This document shows positions 20,894 to 31,355 of a DNA stretch of 47,404 bases, piece after piece. The position numbers and the translations under genes were made by a program. This DNA comes from Oleispira sp. (lineage in GTDB: Bacteria > Pseudomonadota > Gammaproteobacteria > Pseudomonadales > Oceanobacteraceae): the NCBI GenBank assembly GCA_051276935.1, contig JBNMPQ010000001.1, positions 1-47,404 of the forward strand, read 5' to 3'. The notes beneath the pieces were generated by a model. That model did not search any database. It saw nothing but the letters and a program-made list of their open reading frames with translations, and was not told the DNA's origin. Position 1 is the first letter of the stretch, and each line of letters begins with the position of its first letter.

Positions 20894-21163
20894 TTATTCT
20901 TCTTCATCAAAGCGACGATTAATTAAATCAATAACCGCTTCGCATGCTTGGTCTTGATCATGCCCTTCAATTTCTAAACAAAGCTCAGTCCCTTTGCAAG
21001 CGGCTAGCATCATGACGGACATAATGCTTTTGGCATCGGCCATTTGCTCTTCGCGGCCTATTTTAATGTGGCTGGCGAAGGACGATGCGGTTGTCACAAG
21101 TTTGGACGCTGCACGGGCATGTAATCCCAGTTTATTTATGATGAGAGTATTGGTTTTAATCAT
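20894..21163 (-). CDS. ptsO: HPr-family phosphocarrier (NPr)
   Basis: NKLGLHARAA, DAKSIMSVMML; rpoN operon context. Confidence 0.93.
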   Translation of the reverse strand: MIKTNTLIINKLGLHARAASKLVTTASSFASHIKIGREEQMADAKSIMSVMMLAACKGTELCLEIEGHDQDQACEAVIDLINRRFDEEE

Positions 21164-22056
21164 AAATCAGGCAGCTCTCTGTGGCGCACTTGTACATTAT
21201 CAAACTGTGCAGAAAATAATCGTGTTAAAGCCTCAGAGATAAAGACGGATCTATGATGGCCACCTGTGCAGCCAATGGCCACGGTCATGTAGCTGCGGTT
21301 AGCTTGTTCAAAGCTGGGTAGCCACTTTTCTAGGTACTGCTGAATATCACTGAGCATCTCTTTCACGAGCGGTTCTTTGTTTAAGAACTCAATGATCTGA
21401 GAGTCGCGACCGTTGAATTGGCGCAAGTTAGGGTTCCAGTAAGGGTTTGGAAGGTTTCTCACGTCAAAAACCAGATCAGCATCAATTGGAATACCGTGTT
21501 TAAAGCCAAACGATTGAAATAACAGTGCCATATCGGCGGTTTTCTTATTACTGATACGCAGCTTAATCAAGCTACGTAATTCATGCACGGACAAGTGTGT
21601 GGTATCTAAATTTAGATCAGCCAAATCACTAATGGGGTGCAGTAAACCGTTTTCGCTTTCGAGGGCTTCGTCCAGTGAGGTGTCGTTATTGGTCAGTGGG
21701 TGTTTGCGGCGAGTGGAACTGAAGCGCTGCATTAACGTTTCTTTATTGGCATCCAGATACAGAACCTCTGCTTTGAAAGGTCCTTTCTCAATACTATTAA
21801 GAATAGAGGGAAACTGACTCATATCTTGAGCAGCATTGCGCGCATCTATGCTAACGGCGAGTCTTTGTAAAGACACTTCATTATCAACTTTTGGGCGATA
21901 TTTTTGTTGCTGTGCTTGTTCGATGAGTGCCGATAATAAGCCAAGAGGTAGGTTATCAATGCAATAGAAACCTTGGTCTTCTAGCACGTTAAGTGCCGCT
22001 GATTTTCCTGAGCCAGAACGACCACTGATAATAATTAAGCGCATACCTGCTTCCAT
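21160..22056 (-). CDS. rapZ: RNase adapter RapZ (P-loop protein)
   Basis: SGRSGSGKS, GFYCIDNLP, SFGFKHG, FDVRNLPNP, IGCTGGHHRSV. Confidence 0.97.
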   Translation of the reverse strand: MEAGMRLIIISGRSGSGKSAALNVLEDQGFYCIDNLPLGLLSALIEQAQQQKYRPKVDNEVSLQRLAVSIDARNAAQDMSQFPSILNSIEKGPFKAEVLYLDANKETLMQRFSSTRRKHPLTNNDTSLDEALESENGLLHPISDLADLNLDTTHLSVHELRSLIKLRISNKKTADMALLFQSFGFKHGIPIDADLVFDVRNLPNPYWNPNLRQFNGRDSQIIEFLNKEPLVKEMLSDIQQYLEKWLPSFEQANRSYMTVAIGCTGGHHRSVFISEALTRLFSAQFDNVQVRHRELPDL

Positions 22057-22105
22057 GATTGCTCCTTAATTCTTTTAGGCATTCCAAATTGTGTAAATTT
22101 AGCCG

Positions 22106-22558
22106 TTAAGAAATAGCTCTTTGATAAAGATTTTGTGAATCAGCCGAGTTGCGCAACGCTTCGCAATAATCAGCTTGGCTCAGTTTTTGGGCCAGCATAC
22201 TGAGTGTTTTTAAATGCTCATCTGTCGCTTCTTCGGGCACCAACAAAGCGAAAATTAAATCGACAGGTTGCTTGTCTATCGCGTCAAAGTCGATGGGCTG
22301 TTCAAGTTGCAACAGAACCCCGAGTGTTTTATTGCATTGCTTTAAGCGGCAGTGAGGAATGGCAATGCCTTCACCAATGCCAGTGCTGCCCATACGCTCA
22401 CGATTTAATAAGCGCTCATAAATCTCGTCAGCAGAGCTTTCAGGGATTTGGTCAGCAATAAAGCTGCCTAGGTATTCTAAAACTTTTTTCTTGCTTGATA
22501 CAGGGGCACTTTTTACGGTGCGCTCCGGGGTCAAGATAGAATCAATCGCAGAGTTCAT
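22106..22558 (-). CDS. ptsN: PTS IIA-like nitrogen regulatory protein
   Basis: SKKKVLE, RERMGSTGIGEGIAIPHCR, FDAIDKQPVDL. Confidence 0.97.
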   Translation of the reverse strand: MNSAIDSILTPERTVKSAPVSSKKKVLEYLGSFIADQIPESSADEIYERLLNRERMGSTGIGEGIAIPHCRLKQCNKTLGVLLQLEQPIDFDAIDKQPVDLIFALLVPEEATDEHLKTLSMLAQKLSQADYCEALRNSADSQNLYQRAIS

Positions 22559-22579
22559 TTAATGCTTAGCCTTCAATTT

Positions 22580-22882
22580 TTAGCCTTGACCCTTGTTTCT
22601 AGCAACGAGTTTTTCTTTATGCTTGAGTAATTGGCGATCTAGTTTATCGGATAAACTGTCAATAGCAGCATACATATTCGCGTCTTCAGCTGAGGCATGT
22701 ATATCACTGCCACTGACATGAATGGTGCATTCTGCTTTTTGTACTGATTTTTCTACCGTCAAGGTAATGTCTAAGCTCGTAATGTGATCAAAGTGATGCT
22801 CAAGACGTTTGACTTTTTCTTCTGCATATTCTTTCAATGCAGGTGTTAGATCTATGTGGTGACCGCTGATATTAATTTGCAT
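22580..22882 (-). CDS. hpf: Ribosome hibernation promoting factor (short HPF)
   Basis: MQINISGHHIDLTPAL, MYAAID, KLDRQLLKHKEK. Confidence 0.97.
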   Translation of the reverse strand: MQINISGHHIDLTPALKEYAEEKVKRLEHHFDHITSLDITLTVEKSVQKAECTIHVSGSDIHASAEDANMYAAIDSLSDKLDRQLLKHKEKLVARNKGQG

Positions 22883-23000
22883 AAGTTACTCCCAGTTTAC
22901 CTTTGGACTTTCTTTCTACAACAACTATTCTACTAATACAGTCTTTCTACTACAATCTGTCTGTAACCGTTAATGCTTAAACGAACGGTTATTCTAAATA

Positions 23001-24539
23001 CTATAACAAACGTTTACGTTCATTGGACGGTGGAATCATCATCGCTTCACGGTATTTAGCCACAGTACGACGAGCAACCTGAATGCCTTTCTCTCCCAGA
23101 ATCGTAGCAATTTTATTATCACTCAAGGGTTTTTTCAGCGACTCTTCCGCAAGTAATTTTTTAATCATGGCACGGATAGCCGTAGAAGAGCATTCACCAC
23201 CACTGTCTGTACTGACGTGGCTAGAAAAGAAATATTTAAGTTCAAATATTCCTCTTGGTGTATGCATGAATTTCTGCGTAGTCACGCGAGAAATGGTTGA
23301 TTCATGCATTTCTACCGCTTCGGCGATATCGTGTAAGACTAAAGGTTTCATGCCTTCATCGCCGATTTCAAAAAATTCTTCTTGAAACTCAACAATTTTA
23401 GTCGCGACCTTTAACAACGTGTCGTTACGGCTCAATAGGCTTTTAATAAACCAACGCGCTTCTTGTAAATTGTCTTTTAAATAGGCGTTGTCTGGGCTGT
23501 TATCAGCTCTTTTGACTAACGAGGCGTAATCAGAATTGACCCGTAATTTAGGGGCGATCTCAGGGTTTAGTTCAACTCGCCAGCCCTCTTTAACTTTACG
23601 CACAATTACATCGGGAATAACGTATTCGGATTGTTCTGAAACAATTAACTCGCCTGGGCGCGGTGTTAGCGCCTGAATTAAACGTAATACCTCTTTCAGG
23701 TTATCTTCACTGAGTTTAGTTTTACGCATGACTTGCGCATAATCTTTACTGCCCAGTAGGGCGATGTGGTGTTCGATGACTACTTTGGCTTCTGTCAGCC
23801 AAGGAGTATTCTCAGGAAGCTGTTTTAATTGTAATAGTAGGCAATCTTGCAGATCTTGGGCGAATACGCCAGTTGGCTCAAATTGCTGTAAGCGATGAAG
23901 TACAGCGATGACTTCGTCTTCTTCAACTTCTAGTGATTCATCAAGGCTTTCAAGAATGTCTTCAAGACTGACGGATAAATAACCATCGTCACTAAGCCCA
24001 TCAATAAGCGCCAAAGCGATTTCATGATCAGTCGGGCTCATTGGGGTTAAATTAAGTTGCCACAGAATGTGGTCTTGTAAATTGTCTGTCGTGCTATTTC
24101 GGCCATCATGATCAAAATCATCATCACCACTGCCCGCAGAGGAACTAACGCCTGCACTCGCTTGATAAGAATCTTCCCACTGGCTATCAAAGGGCAGTTC
24201 GTCAGCATGGGTATCAGGAATGGTATCGCTACTGAGGTGGTTCTCTATTGACGATTCAGAGTTAGTATCCTGATTATTACTGTCTGAGTTTGAGTCGTTG
24301 CTCGAATTGCCGTTTAGATCGGCACTGGCAATAGAGTCGTGCTGATCGGTATGTTCACTAGGGCTATCGCTAGACTGATGTTCCACTTCTTCCACTTCGA
24401 GCATGGGGTTTGACTCAAGCGCTTCTTGAATTTCAGCTTGTAAATCAAGAGTAGAAAGCTGTAACAGGCGGATGGCTTGCTGCAGCTGCGGTGTCATAGT
24501 CAGTTGCTGGCCGATTTTTAATTGCAATGACGCTTTCAT
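23001..24539 (-). CDS. rpoN: RNA polymerase sigma-54 factor
   Basis: [27 protein letters not shown], RpoN box [10 protein letters not shown]; ATG at 24539. Confidence 0.99.
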   Translation of the reverse strand: MKASLQLKIGQQLTMTPQLQQAIRLLQLSTLDLQAEIQEALESNPMLEVEEVEHQSSDSPSEHTDQHDSIASADLNGNSSNDSNSDSNNQDTNSESSIENHLSSDTIPDTHADELPFDSQWEDSYQASAGVSSSAGSGDDDFDHDGRNSTTDNLQDHILWQLNLTPMSPTDHEIALALIDGLSDDGYLSVSLEDILESLDESLEVEEDEVIAVLHRLQQFEPTGVFAQDLQDCLLLQLKQLPENTPWLTEAKVVIEHHIALLGSKDYAQVMRKTKLSEDNLKEVLRLIQALTPRPGELIVSEQSEYVIPDVIVRKVKEGWRVELNPEIAPKLRVNSDYASLVKRADNSPDNAYLKDNLQEARWFIKSLLSRNDTLLKVATKIVEFQEEFFEIGDEGMKPLVLHDIAEAVEMHESTISRVTTQKFMHTPRGIFELKYFFSSHVSTDSGGECSSTAIRAMIKKLLAEESLKKPLSDNKIATILGEKGIQVARRTVAKYREAMMIPPSNERKRLL

Positions 24540-24648
24540 ACAGTAGGACAATCACTCTTTAAAAAATCATAATAATAGAGATAGCTTAGCAGCGCTTTGT
24601 AAAGACTGCGCCTCTTCGATAATACAGTGTACTGACTTTAAGTATATG

Positions 24649-25374
24649 CTAAAGCTTGAAGTCATGACCTAAATAAACATCTTTTACTTGTTGATTCGCT
24701 AAAATCTCTTCAGCGGTCCCTTCCGCAATAATATGGCCGCCTCCTACGATATAAGCTTTTTCACAAATAGCGAGGGTTTCACGAACGTTGTGATCGGTGA
24801 TTAGCACACCAATGCCACGATCCTTTAATTGACGTATTATCGCCATTATATCGGCCACGGAGATAGGGTCAACACCCGCAAAAGGCTCGTCGAGTAGAAT
24901 GAAGGATGGCTCAGCGGCAAGGGCTCTAGCAATTTCGACGCGTCGGCGTTCGCCACCCGAAAGTGCCATCCCTAAGCTTGCGCGAATGTGCTGAATATGA
25001 AATTCATCGAGTAAAATTTCAAGTTGCGTTTTGCGTTCGCTCTTATTCAAATCGCTACGAGTTTCTAAAATAGCCATGATGTTATCGGCAACAGATAGCT
25101 TGCGAAAGATCGACGCTTCTTGTGGTAAGTAGCCTATCCCTTTTTGAGCACGGCCATGCATCGGTAAATGGCTAATGTCTTGACCATCGATGCTGACCGT
25201 TCCTCGGTCGGCTTGTACGAGATTTACAATCATATAGAAACAGGTTGTTTTACCCGCACCATTGGGTCCGAGTAAACCGACGATTTGCCCGCTTTTTACT
25301 TCCATGGATACGTCTTTCACAATTTCGCGTCCATCGTAGCTCTTGGCAAGATTGGCTGCTTTAAGCGTCTTCAT
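24649..25374 (-). CDS. lptB: LPS export ABC ATPase
   Basis: [55 protein letters not shown]. Confidence 0.99.
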   Translation of the reverse strand: MKTLKAANLAKSYDGREIVKDVSMEVKSGQIVGLLGPNGAGKTTCFYMIVNLVQADRGTVSIDGQDISHLPMHGRAQKGIGYLPQEASIFRKLSVADNIMAILETRSDLNKSERKTQLEILLDEFHIQHIRASLGMALSGGERRRVEIARALAAEPSFILLDEPFAGVDPISVADIMAIIRQLKDRGIGVLITDHNVRETLAICEKAYIVGGGHIIAEGTAEEILANQQVKDVYLGHDFKL

Positions 25375-25921
25375 TAGTGTTTTTCTCAGCAGGTTTTTTG
25401 GCAGGTTGAGCCGGTTGAATAATCATCTTTATTCGTCCGCTAGGCTGATCTATATTCGGTACGGCTTGGCTTTCTGTTTGACCTTTAGCTTTAACGTTTT
25501 CATTCACTATGTCGTAAGTGATCAGGTTGCCACTGAATGAGCTGCCTTTTTGTTTAAGCGAGGCATCTTTGAAAAAAGAGACGGTCTTATCTTGAGTTAG
25601 GTAAGTAATGACATTACCTTGCCCTTTTGTTACCCCTTTGTCGCCTTCCATTTGTTGCTGAAAGCGAGCAGGAGTTCCTTGGGCAACTGCTTTATTCAAA
25701 CGTTGCTCTGTATCGCTGAATAGGGTTATTTGGTCTGCATTAATCAGCAGCGTACCTTGTTGTAATATGACACTGCCCCTGTAAACAGCTGTGCCTAATT
25801 TGCGGTCAAATTCGGCGCGGTCTGACTGAATGGTAATTTCAGCATCGGCATCGCTTTCTAAGCTGTAGGCATCAAAACACGTCAATAACAGCAGTACGAC
25901 AGATAGAGTTTTAAGGGACAT
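25361..25921 (-). CDS. lptA: LPS transport periplasmic protein LptA
   Basis: Signal peptide, [33 protein letters not shown]; between lptC and lptB. Confidence 0.93.
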   Translation of the reverse strand: MSLKTLSVVLLLLTCFDAYSLESDADAEITIQSDRAEFDRKLGTAVYRGSVILQQGTLLINADQITLFSDTEQRLNKAVAQGTPARFQQQMEGDKGVTKGQGNVITYLTQDKTVSFFKDASLKQKGSSFSGNLITYDIVNENVKAKGQTESQAVPNIDQPSGRIKMIIQPAQPAKKPAEKNTNEDA

Positions 25922-26483
25922 ATTTGGCTTTTACCTGTGAAAGAAATTCGACACGCTGTTGATCCATCGTGATTATCATGCCGACGGCATCAATACGGCC
26001 ATTAAGGCTGATAACTTCAACAGGCTGGTCTGTTTTGGCAATTTTAGATTCGATGAATAACGTGAGTTTGCTGGTACGAATGATGGCAGCGTCTTTGTTA
26101 TTGCTCAGTTCAGAGTAGGTTGCAGGTAATATCTGTACGTCTTGCTTCAGCACCAACTTTTTATCGTCTTCAAAGTGAATACCGGAAAGTGATTGAATGA
26201 TCCACACTTCGCCATCGTCTGCGATGGTTTTGATTTGAGGCTGGGTAAGCTCTGTGAGGCGTTGCACGGGAAAGTGCACCGAGCGCTGGGCATTAAATTG
26301 ATGTTTCAGTGCGCCATGATCACTGAAGGTTCGATTTTTTAAACCTTCGCCATAATAGTCGGGTAATAAAGAAACGCCTTCATTGTCTTCTTGCGTGCTT
26401 TGGGTCGTATAATCTTCGATCCAGAGTAGGCCAATGCCTACCGACACCACAATAAACAATAATAAAAAGCGCTTGCGAAGCAT
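25911..26483 (-). CDS. lptC: LPS export protein LptC
   Basis: N-terminal [32 protein letters not shown]; operon position. Confidence 0.9.
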   Translation of the reverse strand: MLRKRFLLLFIVVSVGIGLLWIEDYTTQSTQEDNEGVSLLPDYYGEGLKNRTFSDHGALKHQFNAQRSVHFPVQRLTELTQPQIKTIADDGEVWIIQSLSGIHFEDDKKLVLKQDVQILPATYSELSNNKDAAIIRTSKLTLFIESKIAKTDQPVEVISLNGRIDAVGMIITMDQQRVEFLSQVKAKYVP

Positions 26484-27455
26484 TTAGATAACACCTGCTT
26501 TGAGCATGTCATGCATCGTAATTACGCCAACGGGTAAGCCATCTTTCATAGCGACCAACGCATTGATTTGATTATCTTCCATCACGGTTAATGCTTCTGC
26601 CGCTAATAAATCTGGGCTGGTGGTTTTACCACCGACGGTCATTAGGCTAGCAATTTCACTCTGGCGAATATCAACATCATTATCAATTGCACGACGTAAA
26701 TCACCGTCGGTAAACACGCCTTGTAGTTGACCTTGTTCATCAATCACGGTGGTCATTCCCAAGCCTTTAGACGTCACAATCATCAACGCTTCTGCTAAAG
26801 GCGTGGTCGGAAGTACTCTTGGCATTTCATCGCCAGAGTGCATTAATGTTTCAACTTTCAATAACAGTCGACGCCCAAGGCTGCCACCCGGATGAGAGAA
26901 TGCAAACTCTTCAGCGGTAAACCCGCGAGCTTCTAAAAGCGCAATGGCGAGGGCATCACCCATGACCAACGCAGCTGTTGTGCTTGAGGTTGGCGCAAGA
27001 TCAAGTGGACAAGCTTCTTCTGCAACACTGGTATCTAAATGGCAATGGCTGCCCATCGCGAGGGTTGAGCCTGGTTTGCCCGTCATACTAATTACAGGAA
27101 TATGTAGACGTTTTAATAACGGTAGTAGACTGGTCACTTCAGCGGTTTCGCCAGAATTAGACATAGCAATAACCACGTCGTTTTTCGTGATCATACCCAT
27201 GTCTCCATGACTTGCTTCGCCAGGATGTACGAAAAATGAGGGTGTACCGGTACTGGCAAGTGTTGCTGCAATCTTTTTACCGATATGGCCAGATTTACCC
27301 ATGCCGGTGATAACAACACGACCTTCGCAGGCAAGCATGTATTTGCAGGCACCAATAAAATCATCGCCAATGCGGCTTTTTAGAGCACCAATTGCTTGCT
27401 GTTCAATCTGAATTGTACGAATGCCAGAAGCACTAAAATCAAAATCTAGGTTCAT
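26484..27455 (-). CDS. kdsD: Arabinose-5-phosphate isomerase (SIS plus 2 CBS domains)
   Basis: GMGKSGHIG, HPGEASHGDMG, EACPLDLAPTSST, HPGGSLG. Confidence 0.97.
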   Translation of the reverse strand: MNLDFDFSASGIRTIQIEQQAIGALKSRIGDDFIGACKYMLACEGRVVITGMGKSGHIGKKIAATLASTGTPSFFVHPGEASHGDMGMITKNDVVIAMSNSGETAEVTSLLPLLKRLHIPVISMTGKPGSTLAMGSHCHLDTSVAEEACPLDLAPTSSTTAALVMGDALAIALLEARGFTAEEFAFSHPGGSLGRRLLLKVETLMHSGDEMPRVLPTTPLAEALMIVTSKGLGMTTVIDEQGQLQGVFTDGDLRRAIDNDVDIRQSEIASLMTVGGKTTSPDLLAAEALTVMEDNQINALVAMKDGLPVGVITMHDMLKAGVI

Positions 27456-27585
27456 AATATTGTCTGTTCTTAGTATCTATTATTATCGTTTATCGATGAT
27501 CATTGACGATGGTGTTAAATGTTTTAACTAAGATCACTCTATCTGATTGCTCTTAGTTAGTTAAGTCAGGGTGTTAAATTTTTGT

Positions 27586-28560
27586 TTACACGTTTTGGTA
27601 ATACAGCAATGCCATATACGCGACATAACTGGCTAATAAAATAATACCCGTAAAGCGAGGAATAACGCCGCGTCGGAAACTCAAGCCAATAATAAGCACC
27701 AAGGCAATGGTTAATCCGAGCATGGTCATATAATCACGTTCGATCACCACGCTATCAATCACTAAGGGGGCGATTAAACCAGGGATGGGCAGTACGGCTA
27801 ATAAGTTAAATATGTTTGAACCAATAATATTACCAATCGCAATGTCATGGTGACCTTTTAAAGCACTGCTCACTGATGCGGCCAGTTCAGGCAGGCTAGT
27901 ACCGATAGCCACAATGGTTAAGCCGATCACGAGATCGCTGATGCCAAAAGCTTGGGCAATAGACGTCGCACCCCACACCAGCATCTTGGAGCTAATCATT
28001 AATGCAGCCAAGCCCACTATTAGCCAAAAGATAGCTTTTTTAGCCGGCATTGCGTCGATGGTGGCTTGTTCCTCTTCATCAATGATGGCCTCGCCAGAAT
28101 CGCTGCTTTGTTGAAATAATAAGTAGATAGCAACGACCAAGGCAATAATCAAAATGACGGCATCAAATAGGTCAAGCTTTAGATCTGCAAGTACCAGCCC
28201 AGCAATAATGGTCACCAGCAATAATAATGGGATTTCTTTTTTGATCAGTTTCTTTTGAATCGGAATAGCGGCGACCAATGCGGTGACACCTAATACAAGT
28301 GCAATATTGGCAATGTTAGAACCAATGGCGTTACCCACCGCCAAGCCACCGGCGCCGTCTAAAGCCGCCATAGTAGATACGAACATTTCTGGGGCTGACG
28401 TGCCAAGTGATACAATGGTTAGGCCAATAACCAAAGGGGATATGCCCATAAAGCGAGCAGTCGCTGCTGCACCCAGTACGAAGCGATCTGCGCTCCAAAC
28501 AAGAATGACGAGTCCAGCTAGTAGTGCGGCAATGGCTGGGGTCAGTGCGGTAAGGGTCAT
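27586..28560 (-). CDS. yrbG: Calcium/sodium antiporter (CaCA family)
   Basis: Two alpha repeats: GTSAPE...GNAIGSNIAN and GTSLPE...GNIIGSNIFN. Confidence 0.93.
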   Translation of the reverse strand: MTLTALTPAIAALLAGLVILVWSADRFVLGAAATARFMGISPLVIGLTIVSLGTSAPEMFVSTMAALDGAGGLAVGNAIGSNIANIALVLGVTALVAAIPIQKKLIKKEIPLLLLVTIIAGLVLADLKLDLFDAVILIIALVVAIYLLFQQSSDSGEAIIDEEEQATIDAMPAKKAIFWLIVGLAALMISSKMLVWGATSIAQAFGISDLVIGLTIVAIGTSLPELAASVSSALKGHHDIAIGNIIGSNIFNLLAVLPIPGLIAPLVIDSVVIERDYMTMLGLTIALVLIIGLSFRRGVIPRFTGIILLASYVAYMALLYYQNV

Positions 28561-28763
28561 GTTAAGGCCTCAAGAAAAAATGGGCCATTGTACCTGTAAA
28601 TTTTCATTGTCGGTATTGCTTGTTCCACCATAACGTATAGTTCTTGTAGGGATTATGAGTTAGCCTATGTTTTATGGTTGTTTTACATTCCGCTATGCTA
28701 AGTCAGGAATGAATACTTTATAATTGTGTATAAACACAACGTGCTATAAATAAGAGACTTTAA

Positions 28764-29576
28764 ATGTCCAGCGAAGAAGCTTTTGTATCAATCCGAGGGA
28801 TGTCGTTTACTCGCGGCAACCGTCTGATTTTTAATGACATGGATTTGGATATCCCGCGTGGCAAAGTGACTGCGATTATGGGGCCTAGTGGCACGGGAAA
28901 AACGACATTGTTGCGTCTGATCGGTGGCCAGTTATTGCCCGATTCTGGCACGATTAAAGTCGACGGTCATAATGTTCCCACGTTAAAACGTGCAGAACTA
29001 TTTGAGTTGCGCAAGCAAACCATGGGCATGCTCTTTCAATCGGGTGCCTTGTTTACGGATCTCTCTGTATTCGAAAATGTGGCTTTCCCCATACGTGTGC
29101 ACACCGACTTACCCGACTCTATGATTCGAGACTTGGTCTTGATGAAACTCGAAGCCGTGGGTTTACGAGGTGCTCGTGACCTAATGCCCGCTGAACTGTC
29201 GGGGGGGATGGCTCGTCGAGTCGCTCTGGCGCGAACGATTGCGCTGGATCCAGAGATGATGCTTTATGATGAGCCTTTTACCGGTCTCGACCCCATTTCT
29301 TTGAGCGTGACGGTAAAACTCATTAAAAGCTTAAACGATGCTTTAGGGTTAACCAGTGTATTGGTAACCCATGATATCGACGAAGCGTGCTCGATTGCTG
29401 ATTACGTTTGCCTACTGTCTGAGGGCAAGGTGATTGGTTTTGACAGCCCCGAAAATCTTATTAAAAACGGTTCTGAGCAGGTACGTCAATTCATGCAAGG
29501 TGAGTCCGATGGCCCAGTGCCTTTCCATTTTCCTGCTGACGATTTCAGTGCAGATCTTTTTAAGCAGGTGAAATAA
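28764..29576 (+). CDS. mlaF: Mla phospholipid ABC transporter ATPase
   Basis: MGPSGTGKTT, LFQSGALF, LSGGMARRVALAR, YDEPFTGLDP. Confidence 0.97.
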   Translation: MSSEEAFVSIRGMSFTRGNRLIFNDMDLDIPRGKVTAIMGPSGTGKTTLLRLIGGQLLPDSGTIKVDGHNVPTLKRAELFELRKQTMGMLFQSGALFTDLSVFENVAFPIRVHTDLPDSMIRDLVLMKLEAVGLRGARDLMPAELSGGMARRVALARTIALDPEMMLYDEPFTGLDPISLSVTVKLIKSLNDALGLTSVLVTHDIDEACSIADYVCLLSEGKVIGFDSPENLIKNGSEQVRQFMQGESDGPVPFHFPADDFSADLFKQVK

Positions 29577-29577
29577 T

Positions 29578-30381
29578 ATGGCGGCAATGATGGACAAAAT
29601 TCTAGAGCCGATTCATAAGCTCGGCCTATTTGGTTTAGGGCGATTGCAAGCGCTCGGTCAAGCGGGCGTGTTTTTACTGGCGTCGATCCCTTGGGGTGGC
29701 CCAGGCAGCGCAGGCTTTAAAGATTTAGTGAAGCAAATTTATTCTATTGGTGTGCGTTCGCTTTCCATTATCATCGTGGCAGGTTTTTTTGTCGGTATGG
29801 TACTTGGCCTGCAGGGGTATACTATTTTATCAGACTTTGGTTCTGCATCTGCACTGGGAACGATGGTGTCGCTCACCTTGTTACGAGAGCTGGGTCCGGT
29901 TGTGACCGCTTTGTTATTTGCGGGTCGTGCGGGCTCGGCGTTAACCGCTGAAATCGGTTTGATGAAAGCGACGGAGCAAATCTCGGCCATGGAAATGATG
30001 GGTGTTGATCCTCTTAAACGCATCATTACACCCCGTTTATGGGCGGGGTTTATTGCCATGCCTATCTTGGCGCTATTGTTCAGCCTTGTCGGAATCTGGG
30101 GGGGGGCTTATGTCGGCATCAACATGCTCGGGGTCGATGAAGGGGCTTACTGGGGAAATATGCAAGCCTCGGTAGAATTTTATAATGACGTAATAAAAGG
30201 TCTCATTAAATCACTGGTATTCGGCTTAGTGGTTACCTGGATTGCGGTTTATCAAGGTTTTGATTCCATACCTACATCAGAAGGAATCAGCAAGGCGACG
30301 ACACAAACAGTGGTGTTCGCGTCGTTAGCGGTATTAGGGTTAGACTTTATTTTAACTGCCATCATGTTAGGGAGTATTTAA
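29578..30381 (+). CDS. mlaE: Mla ABC permease
   Basis: GMVLGLQG, LLRELGPVVTALLFAGRAGSALTAEIGLMK. Confidence 0.98.
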   Translation: MAAMMDKILEPIHKLGLFGLGRLQALGQAGVFLLASIPWGGPGSAGFKDLVKQIYSIGVRSLSIIIVAGFFVGMVLGLQGYTILSDFGSASALGTMVSLTLLRELGPVVTALLFAGRAGSALTAEIGLMKATEQISAMEMMGVDPLKRIITPRLWAGFIAMPILALLFSLVGIWGGAYVGINMLGVDEGAYWGNMQASVEFYNDVIKGLIKSLVFGLVVTWIAVYQGFDSIPTSEGISKATTQTVVFASLAVLGLDFILTAIMLGSI

Positions 30382-30383
30382 CA

Positions 30384-30842
30384 ATGCGTACACGTTTAAT
30401 GGAATTAGCCGTCGGTGCTTTTATTGTGATGGGCATTATTGCTCTAATATTAATGGCTCTACGAGTCAGCGGGCTTTCAACCGCTGATGCCGGGGATAAA
30501 TATACTATCAAGGCATATTTTGAAAACCTAGGTGGCTTAACCGAGCGCGCCAAAGTATCCATGTCGGGTGTGACAATTGGCCGAGTGACACGTATTTATC
30601 TTGATGCTGAAGATTATGTCGCAGTGGTTGAAATGGAAATTAATAAAAGCATGTCATCACTCACTACAGATACCTCAGCGGCTATTTTGACTGCTGGGCT
30701 CTTAGGTGAAAAATACATTGGCTTAACGGTCGGCGCAGATGATGAATATTTAGAAGAAGGCGGTGTGATTGAAGATACTCAGTCAGCACTCGTACTAGAA
30801 GAGCTAATTGGTCAGTTCTTATTCAATAGCGCCGAAGATTAG
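30384..30842 (+). CDS. mlaD: MCE-domain protein MlaD
   Basis: ELAVGAF, FENLGGL, GVTIGRV, ILTAGLLGEKYI, TQSALVLEELIGQFL. Confidence 0.97.
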   Translation: MRTRLMELAVGAFIVMGIIALILMALRVSGLSTADAGDKYTIKAYFENLGGLTERAKVSMSGVTIGRVTRIYLDAEDYVAVVEMEINKSMSSLTTDTSAAILTAGLLGEKYIGLTVGADDEYLEEGGVIEDTQSALVLEELIGQFLFNSAED

Positions 30843-30851
30843 GGCATCAAT

Positions 30852-31184
30852 ATGACAACTAATTTAAGCGCGAGGGGCACGGACGTTAGTGCGGAACTGA
30901 TTGCTATCGATCCTCAAAAAGCCACGTTATCCGGTCGTCTTGATCGGTTAACGGGAAAGAAACTGTTGCAGCAAGGTCGTCGCCTTATTGCTCAATCAGC
31001 GTCACGATGGCAAGTTGATCTCGCCAACGTCCATCATTCAAGCAGCGTGGGCATTGCCTTACTGCTGGATTGGAAGCGGTACGGTATGGATAAGAATGTG
31101 AGCGTTGAGTTTCTTAATGTTCCTCAGAAAATGCAGGATGTAATCGAATTCAGCGGTCTAAAAGAGGTTTTTAAACTGAACTAA
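30852..31184 (+). CDS. mlaB: STAS-domain protein MlaB
   Basis: LSGRLD, VDLANV..SSSVGIALLLDW, FSGL; mla operon context. Confidence 0.85.
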   Translation: MTTNLSARGTDVSAELIAIDPQKATLSGRLDRLTGKKLLQQGRRLIAQSASRWQVDLANVHHSSSVGIALLLDWKRYGMDKNVSVEFLNVPQKMQDVIEFSGLKEVFKLN

Positions 31185-31355
31185 TCCATATTTAGTAAGA
31201 ATTCCTGCCTCCTAAATGAAGAACAGACTTCGTCTTAACTCATAAATCCGCTATCATTACGCCTTTTGTATTAATGACGCCAGCAACCTATTGTGTCGCT
31301 GGTGGATGTTATTAGCAAAATGTTAACCAAATTATTAAGTGAACACGGGTGATTT

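Noticed and set aside
24120-24400. Ser/Asp/Asn-rich low-complexity stretch in rpoN
   Set aside because: This is the normally variable acidic region II of sigma-54, not a repeat element or insertion
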